This document shows positions 1 to 6,834 of a stretch of DNA of 20,000 bases, piece by piece. The notes beneath the pieces were generated by a model that had not been told where the DNA came from, did no database searches, and saw nothing but the letters and a program-made list of their open reading frames with translations. Origin of the DNA: an uncultured virus (IMG/VR IMGVR_UViG_3300024999_000010). Its lineage: Duplodnaviria > Heunggongvirae > Uroviricota > Caudoviricetes. How positions within the stretch are numbered: position 1 is the stretch's first letter; every line of letters starts with the position of its first letter. The translations under genes were made by a program, and so were the position numbers. The DNA is taken from the IMG/VR virus record IMGVR_UViG_3300024999_000010. One strand, 5' to 3'.

Positions 1-132
1 AATACATTTCTTGGTATTAATACTTATTTGTGGCCGGTATATTCTGAGATTTGGACAATATCAACTTCTGGCAATGCCGTTTCTGGTTCGAAATTTTATT
101 TGAAGTTTTATGGATTGTATGCGGATAGATAA
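1..132 (+). CDS. 3' end of a truncated upstream gene (probable late/structural protein)
   Basis: Frame 1 is open from base 1 (NTFLGINTYLWPVYSEIW...YGLYADR) to TAA at 130-132, on the same strand as downstream genes. Confidence 0.6.
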   Translation, partial: NTFLGINTYLWPVYSEIWTISTSGNAVSGSKFYLKFYGLYADR

Positions 133-141
133 AAATAAAAT

Positions 142-190
142 TTAGAAATATAAGAGTTTTAGGATATAATAAAGCAGAATATAAAGGAGG
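142..190 (+). promoter_or_regulatory. Putative sigma70-type promoter and strong RBS
   Basis: Perfect TATAAT at 165-170, weak -35 TTAGAA at 142-147 (17-bp spacer), AGGAGG at 185-190 ahead of GTG 201. Confidence 0.45.
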
Positions 191-200
191 TTGATAAATT

Positions 201-746
201 GTGAAGAAATTAATAATTGTTTTATTTATATCATTATTTTATTATTCAATTGGGATAGCTGCTGGCCCCCCTGGTTCACCCCCGCAATCTGCGGTCACCA
301 TTGACGACTCCCCCAGCGATGGCAACACGACCGAGGCGGCAAGCTCCAACTCGGTGTATGACCATACGGTTAGCACAACGGCACACGGTCTGAATGCAAC
401 GGTCAACGTTACCGGGACTTCTTCATTATCTGATGCCAACGTGATTGGGACCGTAGTTTCAAATTACGGAATGGGTTCAGGCGGAGATACTACTTTACCG
501 GCTTACAGTGGGAATATCAAGTTTACCATACTGGTCGAGGCGGCAACTCAGGCGTGGAGTTTAAAACCTCCATCTGGCGAGATATTTGTATTAGATGGAG
601 CCGCGCTTGACGCTAATGATGAAATTGATATAGGCCAAACAGTAGGAAATAGTGCCGTGTTGATAAGATTAAGAACCGGGGCAAGTTCGTATCAATGGTA
701 TTTTTACAGCGTTCAGGGATCGCATACAGACGGAGGTGCAAGTTGA
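201..746 (+). CDS. Hypothetical protein with Sec-type signal peptide and S/T/G-rich beta-strand body (possible virion/surface protein)
   Basis: MKKLIIVLFISLFYYSIGIA signal-like N-terminus, AGGAGG RBS, 181 aa ORF. Confidence 0.75.
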   Translation: MKKLIIVLFISLFYYSIGIAAGPPGSPPQSAVTIDDSPSDGNTTEAASSNSVYDHTVSTTAHGLNATVNVTGTSSLSDANVIGTVVSNYGMGSGGDTTLPAYSGNIKFTILVEAATQAWSLKPPSGEIFVLDGAALDANDEIDIGQTVGNSAVLIRLRTGASSYQWYFYSVQGSHTDGGAS

Positions 747-2503
747 TTTTTATAAGGCTTTCTCTCCTCTTCTTTTTAGCATTGATTATATCAACGCCTG
801 TAAATGCAACGAATTATTATGTGCGCTCTGATGGCAGTGTAAGCACATGCTCTGCAGAAAATTTATCGAGTAATACCGCAGGTGGGGATGCTGCTGCGAC
901 TTCATTTAATTTGGAGGGGCTAGACATCTGCTTAGAAACAGATGTTTTTGTTGGTGGTGATATCGTTTACCTGTCGGGGACAGGTGGAGATTTTACTGTT
1001 GCTGATATCCCGGCTGATAATACTGGGTATTATATAATTGTGCCTGACAACTCAGGGGGGGCATCTAGTTCTAGCAGGTTAACTTTTCAAGGGTTGCCCG
1101 GTGCGTTGCCAACACTGGAAGGGATAAATAGTTATTCGGGATCGTGGACCGATGAGGACGCAGAAAATGCAGCATGGGTGTCTGACTCAACTATAACGGC
1201 TGGTGTAGCTCGTGCATTATATGATTCAGGACTACTAAGTTATGGTGATGGGCTACCATCAACAAATTTGGCTGATTGTCGGGCAACAGATGGCAGTTGG
1301 TACTATGATAGTACAAGCGATCTTCTTTATGTTAATCCAGTAGGGACGGCTGACCCTAATACGGCAGCAGTGACATATATAGATTCTACTGCACAAGGTA
1401 TCAACGTTGTTGATAGCTATATAAAAATAGAAGATATTACTTTTAGTAATATGAAATCATTCGGGGGTCAAAATAGTTCTCTGGATGTTTATTTTGATAC
1501 AGTTACATTTGATTCATACTCTGACCAGGCATGGGAAACAAGCGAATGGGGGACAACCTATTTTAAAGATTGTACATGGGTAGGTAATACTTTTACAAGC
1601 GCAACAAGTGCAACAAAGACTTCATCAGATGGAGATATGATATCAATACATGCTGATGATGAAAACGCTGTTACAACTGTTATTGTTGATGGGGGGAGTG
1701 TAACTAACAGCTATGGGCCTGGGTCGCTTGCTGGAGGTATTATATACTTGCACATTCGTGGAGTCGTACATGACAGGGTTTATCCTCAAACTATAAGCGT
1801 GTCTGATAATAACATAGCACTAGGGGGGATGATGCTTACCGACGCTTCATATTTTAAGGCATCGTCGCCGACTACAGGAAAAAATGCTGTTGTAGCCGGG
1901 TCTTATTTATATTCTCCAAGCGCAGACATAGCAGGTAAAAATTTAGGGACTACTAGCGTTACAGTTCCGAATCATGTGATATACCTAAATGATACAATAT
2001 ATTTTAATTCGACTCAGTATCTTAGTACTTACGGTGCTGACGGGTCTGGGGAAATAGTTAATAGCATAATGATATATCCATGGACAGGGTATAGATTGCA
2101 ATCTGGTCATACTTTAAACATTTGGCGGTCAATCATATATGGGTATGCGGCACAGGTTATCAATAGCGGGGGGATATTGAATAATTATTCTCCAGCCGCC
2201 TGGACCGGCTCAACTAATCCTACAATCACATTAGATACAGATAATAAAAAGTATAGCCTAGATGTTGGTAGCCCTGCCATCAACTCGGCTAATGATGCCT
2301 CAGCAAACGTGAATATTGAGTTGCTGCTAAAAACAAATCTAGCGAATATGATTGGTGGAATTAATCTTTATTCATGGAGCGGTACAGATAGTAGTATGCT
2401 TCAAATAGTGTCAGGCGGGGTTTATGGGTATAATGCAGATGTTGGTGCAATTCAAGTCAACGACATCGTATTTAGGCACCCTGGGATAGCTTTAATGCAA
2501 TAG
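743..2503 (+). CDS. Secreted right-handed beta-helix (pectate-lyase-like) protein with choice-of-anchor-Q-like C-terminus; possible tailspike/depolymerase or adhesin
   Basis: Likely TTG start at 743 (TTGA overlap with the upstream stop, GGAGGTG at 732-738) rather than 695. Signal peptide then ATNYYVRSDG, GGDIVYL, YIKIEDITF; C-terminal YSLDVGSPAINSA...ADVGAIQ. Confidence 0.7.
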   Translation: MIFIRLSLLFFLALIISTPVNATNYYVRSDGSVSTCSAENLSSNTAGGDAAATSFNLEGLDICLETDVFVGGDIVYLSGTGGDFTVADIPADNTGYYIIVPDNSGGASSSSRLTFQGLPGALPTLEGINSYSGSWTDEDAENAAWVSDSTITAGVARALYDSGLLSYGDGLPSTNLADCRATDGSWYYDSTSDLLYVNPVGTADPNTAAVTYIDSTAQGINVVDSYIKIEDITFSNMKSFGGQNSSLDVYFDTVTFDSYSDQAWETSEWGTTYFKDCTWVGNTFTSATSATKTSSDGDMISIHADDENAVTTVIVDGGSVTNSYGPGSLAGGIIYLHIRGVVHDRVYPQTISVSDNNIALGGMMLTDASYFKASSPTTGKNAVVAGSYLYSPSADIAGKNLGTTSVTVPNHVIYLNDTIYFNSTQYLSTYGADGSGEIVNSIMIYPWTGYRLQSGHTLNIWRSIIYGYAAQVINSGGILNNYSPAAWTGSTNPTITLDTDNKKYSLDVGSPAINSANDASANVNIELLLKTNLANMIGGINLYSWSGTDSSMLQIVSGGVYGYNADVGAIQVNDIVFRHPGIALMQ

Positions 2504-2516
2504 CGGGAGTGGTGAA

Positions 2517-2618
2517 ATGCTAAAGTTCATCCTCGCTTGCAGCGTAATAATCTTCCTCCTAGCCGTCTTGCTAACTTGGGGGCTATGGGACTCTCAACGA
2601 GATCGGAGAAAAAGATGA
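2517..2618 (+). CDS. 33-aa single-TM peptide with basic tail (possible lysis accessory)
   Basis: MLKFILACSVIIFLLAVLLTWGLWDSQRDRRKR*, with GGAG/GGTG upstream; below the ORF-track cutoff. Confidence 0.6.
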   Translation: MLKFILACSVIIFLLAVLLTWGLWDSQRDRRKR

Positions 2619-2734
2619 AACAGCGGCCCCGGGCACAGCAGCCACTGAACCGGGGGGCCTGACCATATCACCACCTACTGATACAGGAGGTCTCATGGCT
2701 AAGGCCACAATACAATTTTGGTGGAAAAAATCAA
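2607..2734 (-). ncRNA. Putative cis-antisense sRNA (sar/symR-like) with its promoter, covering the RBS/ATG at 2695
   Basis: Minus-strand TTGATT (2734-2729)-16 bp-TATTGT (2712-2707) inside the ORF 5' end. GC-rich hairpin 2625-2659 is followed on the minus strand by a U-rich tract. Confidence 0.45.
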
Positions 2735-2748
2735 TGCGGAGGTGTGCG

Positions 2749-3246
2749 ATGATCAAGGGAGTATTTTGTCTAGTGGTAGCGGGGATGCTGACGGGGTGCG
2801 CGGGGCTGGGCTTTGACGATTACGAAAAATACGCTGAAACACTGGCCAGCCATTCACAGGCTGAATCTGTGCGGATTGCGTCACAGTCAAACGCGATCAG
2901 GGACACGGTAAGCAGGGCCGGGGCGACCGACAACGAGCGGCTCTTGCTGGCGGTCATCGGCTCCATGCAGATTGAGCGGCTGTCTCCGGTTAAGCTCGAT
3001 ATTACCCCGCCGGTTACCGGGATGCAGGTCTTGAATACATTGTCAGGACAGGCCACGGCAATCATGGGCTTTGGCGCTCTGGGCTACCTCGGGGCAAAGG
3101 CGGTTGAGGGTGCTGGCCAGGTCACGTTCAACGGTGACTCGAACAGCTACGCCCCATTTGAGAGCCATATCACCGGCAGCTCTCAGGCGTCCATGTCGAT
3201 TCCTTATCAGTCACCGACAACCACCACGACCGGGGGGATGGAGTAG
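2749..3246 (+). CDS. Lipoprotein with C-proximal hydrophobic/Gly-rich segment (spanin-like candidate); alternative in-frame start at 2695
   Basis: GGAGGTG 2738-2744, MIKGVFCLVVAGMLTG-C lipobox, hydrophobic ATAIMGFGALGYLGAKAV; located next to holin/hydrolase genes. Confidence 0.7.
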   Translation: MIKGVFCLVVAGMLTGCAGLGFDDYEKYAETLASHSQAESVRIASQSNAIRDTVSRAGATDNERLLLAVIGSMQIERLSPVKLDITPPVTGMQVLNTLSGQATAIMGFGALGYLGAKAVEGAGQVTFNGDSNSYAPFESHITGSSQASMSIPYQSPTTTTTGGME

Positions 3247-3249
3247 GCT

Positions 3250-3408
3250 ATGAACCATCTTGACAACTACAAAACATACATCGTATCAGCGGCACAAATT
3301 GCCTGTGGAATTTTCTTTTTCTACAATGGCGATAAGGAACTCGGCACCTTGCTGATCCTTTCGGGGCTAGGGCAGGCAGCTTTGCGGCATGGGGTCGGCA
3401 AGAAATGA
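3250..3408 (+). CDS. Putative holin (52 aa, two TM segments, basic C-terminus)
   Basis: MNHLDNYKTYIVSAAQIACGIFFFYNGDKELGTLLILSGLGQAALRHGVGKK*; YKTY...LRHG pattern typical of small phage holins; GGAG RBS; ATGA overlap with next gene; missing from the ORF track. Confidence 0.7.
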   Translation: MNHLDNYKTYIVSAAQIACGIFFFYNGDKELGTLLILSGLGQAALRHGVGKK

Positions 3409-3965
3409 TCCTGCTCAACATTCAGCCCGGTGATATCTTCGCCGTCCGCACGGATGCTCTGTTCGGCAAGCTGATACGGCTCAGGGACCGGCTACGCTCA
3501 ACGGACGGCGAGGCCGAATACAACCACTGCGGAATAATTATTAACTCAGATGGCACCACGTTTGAGAGCAGGCGAAGAATAGGGCGCTACAACCTGTTCG
3601 AGATGTACGCGGGGCAGAGGGTGATTATTGCCCGCCCGCTGGCACAGGACTTCAGCAAGAAGGCCGCGGTCAAACGGCTGGTCAATAAATACAATGGCCG
3701 CGCTTATCCCTGGTATCGGATTTTTCTGCACGCTATAACGCCGACCCTTGCCCGGTATCTGCACCATTCAGGTGTCCCGGTATGCTCTGAACTGGCCGGG
3801 GAGTATCTGTATCTGATAGGCGTTCGGCACTCTAATTTTTGGGGCACGACTCCCGACATGTTGTCCGATGAGTGGCGGCACTGGCGGGAGTACGAAATCA
3901 TCTACGATGGAATTTTACCGCCTGTGAGCCGGGCAAAGGATGGGAATGATGGCAGTAGATGCTAA
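3405..3965 (+). CDS. Permuted papain-like NlpC/P60 enzyme (YaeF/YiiX, peptidase C92 family)
   Basis: QPGDIF...YNHCGII (His before Cys)...VCSELA...TPDML. Confidence 0.85.
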   Translation: MILLNIQPGDIFAVRTDALFGKLIRLRDRLRSTDGEAEYNHCGIIINSDGTTFESRRRIGRYNLFEMYAGQRVIIARPLAQDFSKKAAVKRLVNKYNGRAYPWYRIFLHAITPTLARYLHHSGVPVCSELAGEYLYLIGVRHSNFWGTTPDMLSDEWRHWREYEIIYDGILPPVSRAKDGNDGSRC

Positions 3966-4401
3966 GATGATTGAGTGCCCAGAAAAAGGATGTGTCAATC
4001 ATCAGTTGCTGGAGCAGCTCGTTAGGGAGAGAATGGACACTCTTTCTAAAGAAATGGGGGACACCATAGAAGAAGCCACTACATGTGTCCAACGTATGAC
4101 TGAGGCCAGTGAACGATTACTTGCCGAGCATCATAAGTTGGAATACGCTCATGGTGAGATTAAGCAGACAATGCGTAGTGTTGAGGCATTACTTAGGTCA
4201 ATGTCTGAGGGGTACAATCAACGACTTGCAGAAGGCAACATACGATTTGTTAGTATAGAGCAAAAAGTTGCAAATGTAAGTGACGAACTGATACGTCTCA
4301 AAGCAAGCTCAGTATCAAATGGAAGTGCCAGCGGGATATCCACCAGCATCTCCATGATAATTGTCGCTGTTTGGGAAATCATCAAGAGTATTGGGAAATA
4401 A
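3940..4401 (+). CDS. Coiled-coil protein with C-terminal TM anchor (lysis-cassette membrane protein)
   Basis: Heptad-rich body and C-terminal ISTSISMIIVAVWEIIKSIGK. Start may be 3946 or 3949. Confidence 0.7.
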   Translation: MGMMAVDAKMIECPEKGCVNHQLLEQLVRERMDTLSKEMGDTIEEATTCVQRMTEASERLLAEHHKLEYAHGEIKQTMRSVEALLRSMSEGYNQRLAEGNIRFVSIEQKVANVSDELIRLKASSVSNGSASGISTSISMIIVAVWEIIKSIGK

Positions 4402-4410
4402 GCGCAATGT

Positions 4411-4593
4411 GTGAGTGTTGTGAAGGACGGTGAGTTCGGGCCATGCAGACTCTGCGTAGTTTGTTCATGGGACATCTGGATTCCAGTTCTACGAAATAAC
4501 AACCCGGACTTTCCATGGACGATGTGGTACTACCGCGGGGTGCATGTTCAGGAGTTGCACAAGCCGATAGCAGCAAAACGGATGGAGCTGTGA
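4411..4593 (+). CDS. Small Cys-containing hypothetical protein
   Basis: Fills the gap between genes, and its TGA overlaps the ATG of the hydrolase (TGATG). Start uncertain. Confidence 0.45.
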   Translation: MSVVKDGEFGPCRLCVVCSWDIWIPVLRNNNPDFPWTMWYYRGVHVQELHKPIAAKRMEL

Positions 4594-5024
4594 TGGAATA
4601 CCGACACGATGAAATAACCTTTCTGGCGCTGACCGCATGGCGTGAGGCACGGGGGCAGAGTGAAGAATGTATTGCCGCAGTGGTGCATTCAATAATGAAC
4701 CGGGTGAACCGTCCGAAGTGGTGGGGGGATGATATTCTCTCGGTAATCTTCAAAAAGTGGCAGTATTCAAGCACAACAGACCCGAAGGACAAACAGCTTA
4801 CAACTTGGCCCGAGAAAAAGCCAAGGGTCTCCTGGGATAAATGTATGCGAATCGTTGAGGGGGTGCTTAACGGATGTATCCCCAATCCGGCCCCAGGCGC
4901 AGACAGCTATTTCGATGACTCAATTAAGCCACCGTATTGGGCAGAGCCGGATAAATTCGTGGTGAAGATAGGCAGGGTCTATTTTTACGACTTGGATCAG
5001 GACTATGAAAGAGAAGGTGCCTGA
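4593..5024 (+). CDS. Cell wall hydrolase, SleB/Hydrolase_2 family (endolysin)
   Basis: LALTAWREARGQ (catalytic Glu), AVVHSIMNRV, WQYS, GADSYF, PYWA, KIGRVYFY. True start is likely ATG 4593 (GGAG at 4584-4587), not 4515. Confidence 0.9.
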   Translation: MEYRHDEITFLALTAWREARGQSEECIAAVVHSIMNRVNRPKWWGDDILSVIFKKWQYSSTTDPKDKQLTTWPEKKPRVSWDKCMRIVEGVLNGCIPNPAPGADSYFDDSIKPPYWAEPDKFVVKIGRVYFYDLDQDYEREGA

Positions 5025-5130
5025 AAAGAAAAAGCCCTGCAAGGTAATAAACCTCGTCCCCGTAATCGCACGGCGCAAGGAAGAACAGCGCAAGCGGCTG
5101 ATGAAGGCATTGAAAGAAATGAACGACTGA
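5005..5130 (+). CDS. Small basic hypothetical protein (41 aa; alternative GTG start 5017)
   Basis: MKEKVPEKKKPCKVINLVPVIARRKEEQRKRLMKALKEMND*; ends immediately before the terminator. Confidence 0.5.
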   Translation: MKEKVPEKKKPCKVINLVPVIARRKEEQRKRLMKALKEMND

Positions 5131-5132
5131 AT

Positions 5133-5197
5133 CCGTCCTACCCCTCCTCGGGACGGTTGCCCCATGCTGGACCTCCCTCCCGGCGTGGGGCGTTTTT
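5133..5197 (+). terminator. Double-hairpin Rho-independent terminator at the convergence point, with CCUCC-rich loops
   Basis: Stem1 5133-5139/5150-5156, loop ACCCCTCCTC. Stem2 5159-5170/5180-5191, loop ACCTCCCTC. TTTTT at 5193-5197. G-U pairs form only on the + strand. Confidence 0.8.
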
Positions 5198-5709
5198 ATT
5201 CCGTAGGTGGTTCGGGTAGCGGTTGCCAGTGGGTAACTTCGCCCTCAACTATTTCACACCCAGAAAAATCACCCCAATTATCTACTATCTCATGCCATGA
5301 TTCAGTAACGTATTCATGCTCTCCAGCCTCGTCCCATTCGGTGCCGCCTTCCGCGTCCTGGTCAAAATAATCTTTGACAAGCACGGTGAACCTGGGGATA
5401 TATTCTGCCATTACCTCCCGGCCCTTACCTTGATTGTTTCGATAAAAAGCAATTACCTTTTTCCGTGCTTCCGGCGCCCTATCCTTTACGCTTATCCACT
5501 GAGAGGCGCGGGCGTTCCATGCCTCAATAGCTTTTCCCGCCGCATCATTTTTTGTTGATCCCTTTCCAAACTGATGGGCTTTGAATGTATGCCCCCCCGC
5601 AAAAGCAAAAAACAAAACAGATAAAACTTGTACTTTCGCTCACCATCGCAGCGCGAATAGTTATGCCTGGTTCACTTCCGCAGAACGGGCAGGATTTAAG
5701 GTTTTTCAT
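5196..5709 (-). pseudogene. Lar-family (restriction alleviation) Zn-ribbon fused to DUF551-like domain, with one extra base in a G7 run
   Basis: ATG 5709 gives MKNLKSCPFCG...CFCGG; removing one G from 5592-5598 joins ...AIEAWNARA-SQWISVKDR...VTHWQPLPEPP. Span is 514 nt (3n+1). Confidence 0.7.
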
Positions 5710-5893
5710 TCAACGCCTCCCTGGCCTTGTCGGCTATATCCATAAATTTTGTCAATATAGCAAGGGTTTCTATCTCCATCAGCACCTCATCCTTCCGCGC
5801 AAGTTCGGCTTCGAGCTGCTGGATGCGGTTCGCTGCAATGACGCTCTTGGCTTCTTCGGCTCTTACTAACTGATTTCGCAATCTATATGTCAT
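5696..5893 (-). CDS. Small coiled-coil hypothetical protein
   Basis: AAGGAGG RBS; AANRIQQLEAEL heptads. Confidence 0.75.
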   Translation of the reverse strand: MTYRLRNQLVRAEEAKSVIAANRIQQLEAELARKDEVLMEIETLAILTKFMDIADKAREALNEKP

Positions 5894-6096
5894 ATCCCCT
5901 CCTTAAAGTGCAGAGACAACCCACATGCCACTGCAGCGCTCTTTTCCATCCTTGACAACACACTCTGCCAGCACCCTTGCCGGAATGTTTCTTATTTCTG
6001 AAATCTTAGAAGAATCCCCTTCCCAAAAAATATGGTCGCCTAGTATCTCGTTTTTCACTTCAACTCTTATGGTGCTCATATTCCCTCCTTAAAGTG
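5890..6096. repeat. 21-bp direct repeat carrying the RBS and start codon (5890-5910 and 6076-6096, 1 mismatch)
   Basis: Minus-strand CACTTTAAGGAGGG(G/A)ATATGA at both positions. Confidence 0.85.
5903..6079 (-). CDS. 58-aa hypothetical protein
   Basis: MSTIRVEVKNEILGDHIFWEG...SGMWVVSAL* with AAGGAGG RBS; below the ORF-track cutoff. Confidence 0.75.
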   Translation of the reverse strand: MSTIRVEVKNEILGDHIFWEGDSSKISEIRNIPARVLAECVVKDGKERCSGMWVVSAL

Positions 6097-6186
6097 TACG
6101 GCGGGCAGGATTTGAACCTGCACTGGCTGTCGGGCCTTTCGGCATTCCGATCCAGAATATCAGCAATACCATTATGCCACCGCCGT
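6097..6186 (-). ncRNA. tRNA-like RNA 1 (90 nt) lacking a canonical anticodon arm
   Basis: Acceptor ACGGCGG/CCGCCGT+A, D-arm GCA-TAATGGTAT-TGC, T-arm GCAGG-TTCAAAT-CCTGC. The centre is an interrupted hairpin capped by GAAA. No encoded CCA. Confidence 0.8.
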
Positions 6187-6192
6187 ACTTGT

Positions 6193-6834
6193 TTACAAAC
6201 ATTTTACTTTTGTTTCTCTATTTTTTATTGTAAATTCGAATATCTTATCCGCAACCGCTTCAATATCTTCTCTCGATGCTCGTTCATCTGCAATCATTAT
6301 AATTTGTAATCCCGGCCAATTTTGTTCTGGTCTTGGTTTGCAAATCTCTTTTAACATCGCCAAGGCTCTGATATTTGTTTCTTGCCCTTTCAAATGTTTA
6401 AATGGTTCATCCAAAAATATAATTGGCCTATTCCTTGGCTTTTTTAAACTCCATAATGCTGCCCTTAATGCCGTTCCGGCAATATCTACAGAACCAAGGC
6501 CGGTTGATTTTTTAGGATTCAATCTTTGCCCATCCCGGATAAACCAAAAATCTGCTTCGGTTTTCCCCCTTCTCAATTCAATAGCAACTTCAAAATCATA
6601 AGGATCATCAAAAACCCCTTGTAATGCGAGTTTAGGAAGTTCTGATAATTGATATTTTAATTCTTCCTGAGTTTGTTGGGCAACCGTTTGAATAAGGATT
6701 TTGGCCCGTTCCGCTGATCGGTGTTCCCTTCTGAGTTTTTGAGATTCCAAACGGGTAGAATCAATTTGATTTTGGATTTGATCTCGTTTGCCCTTTCTCT
6801 GGTCAATTGCCGATCTGAATTGTTGGATATTCAT
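6193..6834 (-). CDS. SbcC/Rad50/gp46-like ATPase, C-terminal half
   Basis: Short coiled coil, degenerate signature STGLG, Walker B/D-loop IIFLDEPFKHL, QIIMI, ADKIF; no Walker A. Confidence 0.8.
   Translation of the reverse strand: MNIQQFRSAIDQRKGKRDQIQNQIDSTRLESQKLRREHRSAERAKILIQTVAQQTQEELKYQLSELPKLALQGVFDDPYDFEVAIELRRGKTEADFWFIRDGQRLNPKKSTGLGSVDIAGTALRAALWSLKKPRNRPIIFLDEPFKHLKGQETNIRALAMLKEICKPRPEQNWPGLQIIMIADERASREDIEAVADKIFEFTIKNRETKVKCL

Noticed and set aside
695..742. ORF-track start at 695 (likewise 4515, 9270, 10337, 10894)
   Set aside because: Downstream starts have SD motifs or stop/start overlaps and give proper N-terminal motifs.
4407..4433. ATG-initiated MCECCEGR* possibly frameshifted into the 4411 ORF
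   Set aside because: No slippery or homopolymer site and no homology support; cannot be resolved from sequence alone.
4218..5165. Minus-strand ORFs opposite the lysis genes, and other short antisense ORFs in the track
   Set aside because: Shadows of well-supported genes on the other strand, with no motifs.
5133..5191. CsrB/RsmZ-like GGA loops on the minus strand
   Set aside because: Three G-U pairs become A-C mismatches on the minus strand, so the + strand fold is favoured.
6097..6186. Archaeal-type intron-containing tRNA or tmRNA
   Set aside because: In-silico removal at the bulges gives an 8-nt loop and misplaced arms; the context is bacterial; there is no G3-U70 pair or tag ORF.
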